This document shows, piece after piece, positions 23,255 to 35,861 of a DNA stretch of 64,000 nucleotides; within the stretch, counting starts at the first letter, position 1; every line of letters starts with the position of its first letter. The notes beneath the pieces were generated by a model. It did not search any database. It was not told the origin of the DNA and saw nothing but the letters and a program-made list of their open reading frames with translations. This DNA is from Mustelus asterias. Taxonomy: Eukaryota. The stretch spans positions 2,976,001 through 3,040,000 of the forward strand of contig NC_135804.1 in NCBI RefSeq assembly GCF_964213995.1. The letters run 5' to 3'. The position numbers and the translations under genes are program-made.

Positions 23255-26200
23255 ATAAGAGGAAATTAACACAATAATGAGAAAGGATATGAGCTGTGAC
23301 AATGTGGAGTCTGTATGTGTAGAGTTGAGAAATACCAAGGGGCAAAAAACATTAGTGGATGTCAAATATAGACCCCCAAACTGCAGTGGTGATGTTGGGA
23401 TTGGCAACACGAAATTAGAGATGCATGTGATAAGGGAATATCGGTGATCATGGTGATTTTAATCTGCACAGGGAACATAAAGATTGACACTAAGAATTCC
23501 TATAGATATGTGAAGAGAAAGAGGTTGGTGAAGACAAATGTAGGTCCCCTACCGGCAGAAACGGGGGAATGTATAATAGGGGACAAAGAAATGGCTGAGC
23601 AACTGAATACATACTGTGGTTTTGTCTTCAAATCAGGAAACAAATCAGATACCAGAAAGATTGGAGAATGCAAGAGTTAGTGAGAGGGAAGAACTGAGGG
23701 AGATCAATATTAGTAGAGAAATGGTGCTGGGAAAATTGATGGGATTGCAGGTGGATAAATCCCCGGGGTCTGATAATTTACATCCCAGAGTACTTAAGGA
23801 AGTGACTCTAGAAATAGTGGATCCATTGGTGATCATCTTCAAGGATTCTATAGACTCTGGAACAATCCCTGCAGATTGGAGGGTAGCTAATGTCACTCTA
23901 ATATTCAAAAAGGAAGGTAGAGAGAAAACAGGGACCAGTAAGCTTAACATTGGGAGTGGGGAAATTTCTCGAATCCATTGTCAAGTACTTTATAGCGGAG
24001 CATTTAGAAAGCAGTGACAGGATCCGACAGAGTCAGCATGGATTAATGAAGGGGACATCATGCTTGACAAATCTGTTGGGATTCTTTGAAGATGTAACTA
24101 GTAGAGTTGACAAGGGGGAACCAGTCGATTTGATATATGTGGACTTTCAGAAAACATTTGACAAAATCCCGCATAAGAGATTATCGTGCAAGATTAAAGT
24201 GCATGGGATTGGGGGAAGTGTATTGAGATGGATTGAAAACTGGTTGGCAGAGAGGAAACAAAGAGTAGGAATTAATGGGTCCTTTACAAATTGGCAGGCA
24301 GTAACTAGTGGGGTGCCACAGGGACCGGTGCTGGGACCCCAGTTATTCACAATATATATTAATGATTTGGATGAGGGAACAAAATGTAACATCTCAAAGT
24401 TTGCAGATGAAACCAAGTTGGGTGGAAGGGTGAACTGTGACGAGGATGCAGAGATCCTTCAGAATGATCTGGACAGGTTGGGTGAGTGGGCAAATCAATG
24501 GCAGAGGCAGTATAATTTGGATAAATGTGAGGTTATTCACTTTGGAAGCAAAAACAAGGCGGCAGATTACTACCTGAATGGCTGTAAATTGGGAGAGGGG
24601 AGTGTGCAGTGGGACCTGGGTGTCCTTGTGCACCAGTCACTGAAGGTAAGCATGCAGGTGCAGCAGGCGGTAAAGAAGGCAAATAGTATGTTGACCTTCA
24701 TTGCGAGAGGTTTCGAGTACAGGAGCAGGGATGTGTTGTTGCAATTATGCAGGGCCTTGGTGAGGCCACACCTAGAATATTGTCTACAGTTTTGGTCTCC
24801 TTTTCTGAGGAAGGATGTTCTTGCTCTCGAGGGAGGGCAGCGAAGGTTTACCAGGCTGATTCTGGGGATGGCGGGACTGATGTATAAGGAGAGATTGACT
24901 AGGTTAGGATTGGTTTCTCTGGAGTTCAGACGAAAGAGGGGAGGGATCTCATAGAAATTTATAAAATTCTAACTGAACTTGACAGGGTAGATGCAGGGAG
25001 GATGTTCCCGATGGTGGGGGAGTCCAGAACCAGGGGTCACAGTCTGAGGATTCCATAGAACCATAGAACATTACAGCACAGAAACAGGCCTTTTGGCCCT
25101 TCTTGGCTGTGCCGAACCATTTTTCTGCCTTGTCCCACTGACCTGCACCTGGACCATATCCCTCCACACCCCTCTCATCCATGTACCTGTCCAAGTTTTT
25201 CTTAAATGTTAAAAGTGAGCTCGCATTCAACACTTCATCTGGCAGCTCATTCCACACTCCCACCACTCTCTGTGTGAAGAAGCCCCTCCCTAATATTCCC
25301 TTTAAACTTTTCCCCCCTCACCCTTAACCCATGTCCTCTAGTTATTTTCTCCCCTAGCCTCAGTGGAAAAAGCCTGCTTGCATTCACTCTATCTATGCCC
25401 ATCATAATTTTATACACCTCTATCAAATCTCCCCTCATTCTTCTGCGCTCCAGGGAATAAAGTCCTAACCTATTCGACCTTTCTCTGTAACTCAGTTTCT
25501 CAAGTCCTGGCAACATCCTTATAAACCTTCTCTGCACTCTTTCAACCTTATTAATATCTTTCCTGTAATTAGGTGACCAAAACTGCACACAATACTCTAA
25601 ATTCGGCCTCACCAATGTCTTATACAACCTCACCATAACATTACAACTCCTATACTTAATACTTTGATTTATAAAGGCCAATGTACCAAAAGCACTCTTT
25701 ACGACCCTATCTACCTGTGACGCCACTTTTAGGGAATTATGTATCTGTATTCCCAGATCCCTCTGTTCTACTGCACTCTTCAGTGTCCTACCATTTACCT
25801 TGTATGTTCTACCTTGGTTTGTCCTTCCAAAGTGCAATACCTCTCACTTGTCTGCATTAAACTCCATCTGCCATTTTTCAGCCCATTTTTCTAGCTGGTC
25901 CAAATCCCTCTGCAAGCTTTGAAAACCTTCCTCACTGTCCACTACACCCCCAATCTTTGTATCATCAGCAAATTTACTGATCTAATTTACCACATTATCA
26001 TCCAGATCAATGATATAGATGACAAACAACAATGGACCCAGCACTGATTCCTGTGGCACACCACTAGTCACAGGCCTCCACTCAGATAAGCAATCCTCCA
26101 CTACCACTCTCTGGCTTCTTCCATTGAGCCAATGTCTAATCCAATTTACTACCTCTCCATGTATACCTAGCGACTGAACCTTCCTGACTATCCTCCCATG

Positions 26201-26568
26201 CGGGACCTTGTCAAAGGCCTTACTGAAGTCCATGTAGACAACATCCACTGCCTTCCCTTCATCCACTTTCCTGGTAACCTCCTCGATTCAGGGTAGACCA
26301 TTTAGGACGGAAATGAGCAGACATTTCTTCACCCAAAGAGTGGTGAGCCTGTGGAATTCATTACCACAGGAAGTAGTTGATGCTAAAACATTGAATGTAT
26401 TCAAGAGGCGGCTATATGTAGCACTTGGGGCGAATGGGATCAAAGGTTATGTGGAGAAAGCAGGATTAGGCTATTGAGTTGGATGATCAGCCATGATTGT
26501 GATGAATGGCAGAGCAGGCTCGAAGGGCCAAATGTCCTCCTCCTGCTCCTATCTTCTATGTTTTTATA
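23255..26568 (+). mobile_element. CR1 LINE, internally deleted and interrupted
   Basis: ORF 23950-24954: VDFQKTFDKIPH...SGVPQGPVLGPQLFTIYINDL...FADETK...LVRPHLEYC; resumes at 26285 to a ctcctatcttctatg tail. Confidence 0.92.
25054..26284 (-). mobile_element. CR1/HER1 LINE nested in opposite orientation
   Basis: [12 protein letters not shown]...[13 protein letters not shown] (ORF 25982-26266) and ORF 25247-25837; gattc duplicated at 25049-25053 and 26285-26289. Confidence 0.92.
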
Positions 26569-26779
26569 TCAATTGCTGTACAAACCTACCTGGTTTACCA
26601 ATGTTCTTGGAAGGAAATCTGCCTCACCCAGTCTGGCCTATATGTGAATCCAGACCCATAGCAATGTGTTGATTCTTCAATGCCCTTTGCAATTACCGAG
26701 CAAGCAGTTAGGGATGAGCACCAAATGCTGGCCTTGTAGGCAATGACACCAACAATTATTTTCTTTTTTGGCTTAAATA

Positions 26780-27340
26780 TGAGGAAAGGATGCTTTGCCT
26801 CGGGAGTGATTCCACTGACAAACTAGGGATCCTTTTATCAAAAGAAACTTTATTTATAACAGTTTAAATATACCTCTGACAAAATGAAGCAGTTTTAACT
26901 GCTGCCTGGGAGGGTGGTGGAGGCGGGTTGCCTCACATCCTTTAAAAAGCACCTGAAGAGCACTTCGCACATCATAACATTCAAGGCTATGGGCCAAGTG
27001 CTGGTAAATGGGATTAGTTGGGGGAGTTCAGATGTTTCTCACGTGTTAGTGCAGACTTGATGGGCCAAAGAGCCTCTTCTGCACTGTATGATTCTAACTC
27101 TTAAGCACTGAACAATGTTTAAACATGGAAAGAAACAAACCCTTTAACTTACAACTTATTACTTACTATTCAGATCTAATTAAACAATATTTTTCTTATA
27201 GACTTAAACCCCTCTTTAAAGATAGTTAGCAAATCCAGGCATACTTGCTTTAACCTTTGTTAACAGCTTTGGAGCTTCCAGGGAGATTTTGTAGAGAGAG
27301 AGCTGTTTGTAGACTGCTACCTTTAACCAGCTCTAGCAAT
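26780..27340 (-). mobile_element. Probable LTR fragment (solo-LTR-like), interrupted by a CR1 3' end
   Basis: Minus strand has AATAAA followed by gtttcttttgataaaaggatccctagtttgtcagtggaatcactcc, an LTR-like layout; no TG..CA ends or TSD found. Confidence 0.4.
26900..27095 (+). mobile_element. CR1 3' end
   Basis: LPGRVVEAGCLTSFKKHL followed by the gggccaaagagcc...ctgtatgattcta tail. Confidence 0.8.
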
Positions 27341-27686
27341 AGCACGGTGGCATAGTGGTTAGCACTGCTACCTCAGCGTCAGGGACCCGGGTTCCATTCC
27401 TGGCTTGGGTGACTGTCTATGTGGAGTTTGCACGTTCTCCTCATGTTTGCGTGGGTTTCCTGCATGGGGGGGAAGGGGAGAAATGGAGCGGGGGATTGGG
27501 ATGGGGAGGGAGAGGAGATTTCTGATCCACCTGGTAACTTTTGGATTGCAACCTCCATTTACTGCGTTTACAGCTCTGGTGCTGCTTCTAATAAAGTTTA
27601 AATTTATTAGTGTCGCAAGTAGGCTTACATTAACACTGCAATGAAGTTACTAAGAAAATCCCCTATTTGCCCCACTGTGCTGCCCT
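27341..27686. mobile_element. Broken V-SINE pieces: head (+, 27341-27465) and tail plus 5' end (-, 27593-27686)
   Basis: gcacggtggcatagtggttagcac head; aatttattagtgtcgcaagtaggcttacattaacactgc is the reverse complement of the Rex-like tail. Confidence 0.75.
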
Positions 27687-29454
27687 GTGAAACTTCGAGA
27701 TAACTGGGCGGAATTGCAAAAATGAATGTAGATGGCCTTCGTAACTAAACTGCCACAATATTGAAAGAAAGACTTGCGCTTAAACGTGCTGGTCCGGATT
27801 AAGGGGGAAGAGGTTCTGAGTGAATGGTTTCAGGATCCAAATAAGATCTGCACACACACTTCTGCAAATGGTGTCATTGGTTTTCTGTGCATGCATTGAC
27901 GGGTATCAGTGGTCATCCTGTGCAGCTGCATTGCATCGGCAGGGACATGAATATATTAAAGTTACTATATAAATGCAAGTTTTGTTGGAGGAATACGAGG
28001 ATCACTGAACAACAGCAGAACCTTGGCTGGCTTCACTTCTCCCTCACTAGACTGACTGGAATACGAAGTCTAATTGTAACCACTACCCAGCTGAATGAAC
28101 TCCGCACCGACTAGCAATCTAACCTGGGATTTTCTCTGTCTGAATGACTTAACATCATAGCATGCAGTGCATTATACCACTATACTCTTGGGGAATCTTA
28201 TTGTGTTCCTTGTAAAACTTTCATCACATTATCTATCCCCCGGTGAGGAAATAATCCTCTTGTGGCTAGTATTGCAGATGCACTGTGAGGGGGGGGCTCT
28301 GTGGCCTTTCACTGCACAGTGTTAATTTATCATCTGGAATGGAGATTACAGCAGGCTGATTCAGGAAGGATTTCTTTTCCTGAGTTTTGAGGGATTGGTG
28401 CACAGAGATCTTGAAATTTCAAGCCAGAATTTATGTTGCGGAAAGTGCTTTTGGCTTTGAATGCCATTTCACTGGTGCCTACACGTTGGTGGCTGAATTG
28501 TCAAACTTTCTCAGAACCTTCTTCCAACAATTCCTCTTCCTCCCACAACCTGCACTCTTTCTCTCTTTCCCCCTCCTGCTCCTTTGCAGCATAAATGCCT
28601 TTCTCGGCTGAGTGTGAGCAGCGAGACTCGCTTGAGATCAATCTTGGATTATTACTTTGACCTGTTATCTGGAAGCTTCACAGAAGGACAGGCTTGTCAG
28701 TGTAGTTATCCCTCCACTAGCAATTCCTCCTTGTTTGTGCATCAACCTCCTGCCTCCCGTGCTGTACCTTACCATTTTATCTTGTTGGCGATTCACCTGG
28801 ATTATTGTCATGTCTGCACTAAGAGGATTTTTGCACTGAAATTATTAATTTGTTTCTTAGCTAGTAAAAGTTGTTAGGTGAATTTGAAAGCTCTCATACT
28901 AATTTGAACAAGGATATCCAAAATTTCCAACAATTAAGGGCTCCTCTGAGTTTTCAAAAACCCTGTCAGTAGCTACTATACCTAATTGTGTTTATTCAGT
29001 GTCGATTCAATTGTACACTTGATTCAGTAAAATTTACCTGTCCCTGTATGCTATATTCACCTTTTTCTGTTTTTCTTCTCTTTTCCCAGTCGTGTCTCCA
29101 AGCATTGCGAGCTTGCGTTGGGATACAGTTGTGCTGGCAGCTCTATCTTTCTAATATCCTGTCCCAAGGGTTCAATCTTCCTGTGTTAGACCAGACAGTA
29201 AAATGGAAAAACTTGAAAGACTTGCATTTCGATAGCTCATTTTATGAGTTTAGGGCCAGGGCTAGGGTGTGGTGAGTTTGATGCTTTATCCATAAAGTGC
29301 TCTTTCTAACAATAACAATATTCTTTCTGGATGACATGTGCACTGAAACAACACACTTTGTATTTCTGTTGCCTTGAACAATCCTTTAAGAAGCATTCAT
29401 TCAGATTTGTAAGTTGGGAGTTGCAAAATTCGATTTGTGGGAGATGCCAGTAGC

Positions 29455-30359
29455 TAAGCAATTCACATTGAAAGCACTTCAGCTGTGAGTATTCATCTTT
29501 ACCTGGGCACTTGATCCTAACTGATAAAGGTAATTAAAGCAATTAGGAAGACCTTCAGCACAAGGAGATTTGAGTGCCAGAGTAAAGATGGCTTGCTGCA
29601 ATTGCATAGAGCCTTGGTGAAACCATACCTGGAGTATTGTGCACAGTTTTGATCCCCTTTATCTAAGGAAGGATATCCTTGCCATAGAGGGAGTGCAATG
29701 GAGGATTACTAGACTTGAACCCCGGGATAGAAGGGCTGTCCTAAGGGGAGAGATTGAGGAAACTGGACCTGTAGAGTTTTGAAGAATGAGAGGCGATCTC
29801 ACTGAAACTTACAGAATTCTCCCAGGGTGTGGCGGGGTAGATATGGGTAGTGTGTTTTCCCTGGCTGGTGTGTCTAGAACCAGGGGACACAGTCTCAGAA
29901 TAAGGGGCAGGCCATTAAAGACTCAGATGAGGCAATTTCTTCACTCAAGAGGATGGTGAATCTTTGGAATTCACTGCCCCAGAGGCTGTGGAAATACAAT
30001 CATTGAGCTTGTTCAAGACAGAAATTCATAGATTTCTGCATATTAACGACATCAAAGGATATGGGGATAGTGGGAAAATGATGTAAGAGATGGATGATTA
30101 GCCATGATCTGTTTGAATGGCGGAGCAGGCTTGATAGCTGAATGACCGATTCCTATCTCCTACGTTCCTATAACATGAATCTGAGATGGGCATTCTATTA
30201 TCAGGGTATAATGACCCTGAAGTGAATTGCAGGGGGTCAGTTGAAATTATGCAATGGGGATAGTTTTTAGTGAATGCGCATGTGTAAACCAGTTCTCTGT
30301 CAAGTGCCCAGGTAAATAAGCACACTCCAAGCTGAAGTGCTTTTAATGTGAATTGCTTA
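29455..30359. repeat. Inverted-repeat pair 29455-29514 / 30300-30359 (possible MITE TIRs)
   Basis: 60-bp ungapped arms with 53/60 matches by manual alignment; TA at both outer ends. Confidence 0.8.
29560..30172 (+). mobile_element. Decayed CR1 3' fragment between the inverted arms
   Basis: ALVKPYLEYCAQF-like and VNLWNSLP segments; tail cctatctcctacgttccta. Confidence 0.8.
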
Positions 30360-30859
30360 ATCTTTTATATATCTCTGACAAGTAGGGTTTTAGTAGCTAG
30401 TGATTTATGAATTTGAATGATTGATTCTTCATTGAAAGGCTATTTGAGTTCAGTATTGCAAGGCAGCTGAAACATTAACATTGTGCTGTTTTGATGAGTA
30501 CTTCAATGAAGAAGAATATATATGTGTGCCCACTGCTTACTGTATAAGTGTTACATTTTGGTATCAGTCTCTCAATGATTTTTATGAACAGGACGAGCAC
30601 ATTGGTCTCAACAAACCCATCCCTTCTGACGAATGCTGTCTTACTGTATACTTTAATTATAACTGTCTACCATCTTGCTACACCTCGCAACCCTATAATC
30701 TCCCCACATCTCTCATCCACTTTTCTCCCAAGAAATACATAAAAGTACTCCCTGACATTCAATACTTTGTAGCTTCAAAGGCCTTTCCTGGTAACTAATA
30801 TTGTACATTTCTACAAATGTACATATTTCAACTGACTTCCCTCTTGCTTCTAATATTCG

Positions 30860-31545
30860 AAAGGAGAACATGCCCCTGTCTACAACAACGGGGACGAAGT
30901 AGAAAGGGTCGAGAGCTTCAAGTTTTTAGGTGTCCAGATCACCAACAACCTGTCCTGGTCCCCCCATGCTGACACTATAGTTAAGGAAGCCCACCAACAG
31001 CTCTACTTTCTCAGAAGACTAAGGAAATTTGGCATGTCAGCTACGACTCTCACCAACTTTTACAGATGCACCATAGAAAGCATTCTTTCTGGTTGTATCA
31101 CAGCTTGCTATGGCTCCTGCTCTGCCCAAGGCCGCAATAAACTACAAAAGGTCATGAATGTAGCCCAATCCATCATGCAAACCAGCCTCCCATCCATTGA
31201 CTCTGTCTACACTTCCTGCTGTCTTGGCAAAGCAGCCAGCATAATTAAGGACCCCACGTACCCCGGATATTCTCTCTTCCACCTTCTTCCGTCGGGAAAA
31301 CAATATAAAAGTCTGAGGTCACGTACCAACGACTGAAGAACAGCTTCTTTCCTGCTGCGATCAGACTTTTGAATGGACTTACTTTGCATTAAGTTGATCT
31401 TTCTCTTCACCCTAGCTATGACTGTAATACTACATTCTGCACTCTCTCGTTTCTTTCTCTATGAACGGTATGCTTTGTATAGCACGCAGGAAACAATACT
31501 TTTCACTATGTTAATACATGTGACAATAATAAATCAAATCAAATC
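30860..31545 (+). mobile_element. Rex1/Babar LINE 3' fragment
   Basis: ERVESFKFLGVQITNNLSW and ORF 31034-31336 FYRCTIESILSGCIT; (AAATC)3 tail. Confidence 0.92.
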
Positions 31546-33652
31546 CTAATCTTTAACCTGTGCCCTGGTTTGTGAACCTTTTCACAAAGTGAGCATTTGG
31601 CTTAAACGCTGTCAAAGGCCTTCATCTTTCTTCCCACAGTAAACCTCCCCAGTCCACCCGGCATGACCCAACATCTTCAGGATAGGAGGGCGGTATTTTA
31701 AAGTAACTTGTGGCACAATGTTTTTGAAGGATCTTTGGAAAAGACTGGTTCAGTCAGGGTTTGCTAGTCTCTAGTTACCTGTCTCTCGGATAAATATGAC
31801 GCATGTGTACTTTCACGACTAAAGATAGTGCACCCTTGGAATGTGCTGGTGTTGTTGAGGTTGGCTAAGGGAATGTCTGCTATCAGATGGTCTTCACTGG
31901 CTGTCTCTGGCTGATGTTGCAGCTGCTTATGCAACATAACGGATGGGCCTTTTGTCAATACACTGGTCTTATTTTGATTTCCCCCGGGGATTAATGAAGT
32001 TGAGTTTTTCTCCTGGCTCTGGGTGTTTCTCTGTTATCTTGATGGCTAAGGACCAGGGTGGGGGAAGAAATGTTTAACCATCCTAGTGTGGAGCAGGCAT
32101 GATAGACCTTTTCCTGCTCATCTTGTGTGTTTGTATGGCACCCTTCATATCCTCCAGGACATCTGAAAATTATTCATAGCCAATGAATTAATATTTGAAG
32201 CATAGTTACGAGTTATGTAGGTGAATCTGTGTAGTTGAGAATTCTGATTAATTCTAAATACCCAACATGAGGATAATTAGCAGCTAATGTTTTAATATGT
32301 GGTTTGAGAATAATACAAAATATTTAAGTAACATCTTCATAATGTCTCTCAGAAATGAATGTGTAACATGCCAGTAAAATGAAAGATGTTTTCATGAAAG
32401 ATACCAGCACAAGTCAGGCACAAATAATGCAACAAAGTAAATTACCAATGCATATCTAAGCCGGGAAAATAAGTCCAATAGATAAAGATGCCTTCAATAG
32501 AACCAGTTTAAATTGGTTAGAGAAATGCTGAATCATAAGCCATTTTTGAGAGAGAACTTCCATAAAATGGACAGATGAGTGACAGATCAATAGTTGAAGG
32601 TGTCAAAATATGATTGATTGAAGGGCACACCATTGTTAGATCGACAGAACAGTGAACGAATGAAATTGCTTTTAATTAAGTGCTGGGCTGATTAATCTGA
32701 TAACGAAAACTATAACCAATTCTGCTCTTTGGCATGAAATCGGAGATCTTTGTGAAAGCTCATTCGCTGTGTAGGTGGAACCATTGATCTCCCGTTTTGG
32801 CCAAAATGAGCTTTGTCTTGTCATAATTGTATATTTGTTTGAATATTGTTAATTTGTAATGTTTTTGATTCTATCATTTCAATGTTTTGATAAAACTAGT
32901 TTAATTGAAGAATTTCATTGGACTGAATAAACTTTTTTTTGCCTTTGTGAAATGAAATGTTTAATGAAAAGATTTAGTCTTTAAATTAATCAGGCCACCT
33001 GAAAGAATTTCCCACAACAATTTGGCACCCAGTTTAAATGAAGGAATGTCCCACAAACTGCAGTAAGATAAATTCCTGGACAATGTCTAGTGGTGGCTAT
33101 TGATGGATAGATGTTGGTCAGCACACTAGGAGAGGGGATTGGGGGAATTTGCTCGAAGAAGGGAAAGAAAGATTTGGACGGCAAATCTCTGTTTTTATGT
33201 AGTGTATTTTAGTTGGACCTATGCTGTCTGATCATGGAATTATTGCAGAGAAACCAGCCATCTGACTCAAACATACCTTAGCCGTTAACCTCCACATGGG
33301 TAGTAATTATCATCCCATGCGCCTGCCTGTTGTTACATCCTTTAATTCCCTATTATTTGACCACTATCTGTCTATTTATCCTTAAAATGCTTTCTCCTAT
33401 TGGGTCCTAAATCTCATATTAATGTTTGGTTGTTCTAGAGTTCTTGATCACTCCAGTCTCTGTCTCACAATCTTAATTACCTCCATGAAATCACTCATAC
33501 TAATAAAGCCATAATTGCATTTATATATCATATTTCTCCATGCCCAAAATACCTTACAAACGTTGAAGTGTATACCTCACATAATTGGACACAATCTGTG
33601 CCTCTAGTGAGGTTTGAGAGATAAATATTAGCCAGAACTCTAGGGAGAACTC

Positions 33653-33825
33653 TAAGATAAAAGCAAAATACTGTGTGCATCTGAAACAAAAAGACAAAAT
33701 GCTGGAAAATCTCAGCAGGTGTTTGACAGCATCTGTGGAGAGAGATGACTCTCTTCTCTCTGTTCTGTCTCCACAGATGCTGTCAGACCTGCTGAAATTT
33801 TCCAGCATTTTCTGTTTTTGTGTCA
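33653..33825. mobile_element. Foldback mini-insertion of the PLE family B terminus
   Basis: aaaatgctggaaaatctcagcaggt...gacagcatctgtggaga paired with tctccacagatgctgtcagacctgctgaaattttccagcatttt; 11-bp TSD agggagaactc at 33642-33652 and 33826-33836. Confidence 0.85.
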
Positions 33826-34034
33826 AGGGAGAACTCGTCAGGTCTTTGAGCTTAAAACACATAATGGAATGCATGAAACTACACACAGTTCTCTCACTGG
33901 GACCTAACCAATGTTTTGTATACATTCATCATTATTATGTTGTTCTGCTGATCACTCTCCTGTCTGTAAAACTCCAAACTTTCTTAGCCTTTTTGTGACT
34001 TTATCTATTGTACTTTTCAGGAAATTGCATTCTG

Positions 34035-34262
34035 CATCTCAGTAGGTATCACACTCGCTTCTGATTCAGAAGTGGGTTGAAGCCCCACTCCAGAATCTTG
34101 AGTCCATAATCTGGATTGCCATTCCGAGGAGAGTGCTGCATTGTCGAAGGTGCAGCTTTTCAATAAAATGTTAAATAGAAGCTCGGTGTACCCTAATTGT
34201 AGACGATCCAATGGCAATGGTTTAAAGAAGAACAAGGGAATTCTCGCCACTGTCCTGGCCTG
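34035..34262 (+). mobile_element. Deu-domain SINE (SacSINE1-like) 5' part
   Basis: tRNA-like head (ctcagtaggtatcacactcgcttctga...gggttgaagccccactccag) then gagtgctgcattgtcgaaggtgc...atgttaaa. Confidence 0.65.
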
Positions 34263-34386
34263 TGGCGTCCTGTGGTTGTGAAGGATGTTATAGAAGCGAA
34301 GGTTTTGTTGATGTTTTCCCAACCCGTTGAGTGGGTTCCAGTGCTGAGCAGTTGTGAATTTCCCTCTGCTTCTCTTTCTGTTCTAG

Positions 34387-34418
34387 AGAACAAGAAACCA
34401 GATGAAAGGCAGGCTGAG
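34387..34418 (+). other. Candidate microexon (32 nt, or 30 nt from the second AG) of an unidentified host gene
   Basis: Pyrimidine tract tttccctctgcttctctttctgttctAG, purine-rich body reading NKKPDERQAE, donor GAG|GTGAGC. Based on splice signals only; no homology recognised. Confidence 0.3.
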
Positions 34419-35861
34419 GTGAGCACTCTGGCAGTTAGCAAACTCCTTTGCAGGCTCCCTCATTTTTCTCATCCATGAAGCCATTTGTGCAGCATGCAGG
34501 AAAGGATTCCGGGTGTTTAGTGAGCTGTTTCTGTAGCCTAAACACTTTTCAGTTTGGGCTAACATGAAATGTTCTAGCTCCACTATCCAACATAAATTCA
34601 TCTTGGTGAATCAGCAGGATTATAAGCAGCATAGATCTTGGAAGAGACTGCAATAAATTATTCTTCTCTCTCTCTCACTCTCCCTCGCCCCCCCGCCCCC
34701 CCAATCAAACCCCTACAGGAAGCATGCTGTCCTATTTGGGAATTGAATATGTGTCTCTTTTTGAAAGGGGGGAGGATACAAAAGTGTAATTGCAGGTTGA
34801 CTTGACTTGGTGGTTGGTTTTGTAATTGTGGTTTCCAACTTAGGATCTTGTGGTACGAAATTGAGTTGTGTAGACCACGAGATCTCGGTTACAGTCTTTG
34901 GTCTGTTCTTTGAATTGTTGGATGGTGGTTACACTTTTTGTTTCGACTTCTCTTGATCACTGTGTGGAAAAAGAAATCAGCCAAGGTTGTAACTCCTTGG
35001 GGACAATTTGCCCCCTGCAGGTATTTATCTCATTCACTTTTGAAAATTATTGTTGAATCTGTTTCTGCCCCCCTTTCAGGCAGCACATTAGATCACAACA
35101 ACTCGCTATGTAAATAAGCTTCACAATGTTGCAATTAACTTAAATCTGTCTCTCCTTGTTACAGATCCTTCTGCCACTAGAAACAGTTTCTCCTTATTTA
35201 ATCTGTCAGATCTGTTTATGACTTTGCAATGCCTCTGTTAACTCTCCAAACCTTCTCTGCTCAATCAATAACCCTAGTTTCTTAACATAATTGATGTCCC
35301 TCATCCCTGATGTCATTCTAATAAATCTCTTTTGTACCCTTTCTTTTGGCCTGATATCATTCCTAAAGTGTATGCAACTCCCTGAAGTAGTTTTGTAGTG
35401 TAGTTACTATTATAATGTAGGAAGTGTGGCAGTCATTTTACGCTCAGCAAGCTCCCACAAACGCAGTGTGATCATGATCAGGTAATTTGTCTTCGGGGTG
35501 TTGGTTGATTAACATTGGACACCAAGGCAATCTCTTCTTCTGAAACAGCTTGTGCTTATTAAAAAGAAGACTACATATGCTGGAAATCTGGAAAATGTAA
35601 TGGAAAATGCTGGAATAGATGGCAAATCAGTCAGCACTTGAAGGAGAAAAGACAGCTTACCGTTTCAGGTTGAAGATAAATTAGATAAACACCTAGCAAA
35701 AAATAAAACGTAGGCCTTCAGGGAAGGGACAAAGGGAATGGGATAACCTAAATTGCTCTTGTAGAGAGCTGACAGAAGTTTGACAGGCTGAATAGCCTTT
35801 TGTTCAGTAACTATTCTGAGATTCTGTTTTTCATCAGTGGGCTAGCCATCTGGTTCAGAGG

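Larger units (their letters stand above)
23103..26752 (+). mobile_element. tRNA-derived SINE (10780 family) split into 23103-23254 and ~26569-26752 by LINE insertion
   Basis: Head ...ggactagtaatccagagg...atggtgaccac and tail ggaaggaaatctgcc...gggatgagcaccaaatgctggcc are collinear with 10780-11139. Confidence 0.75.
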
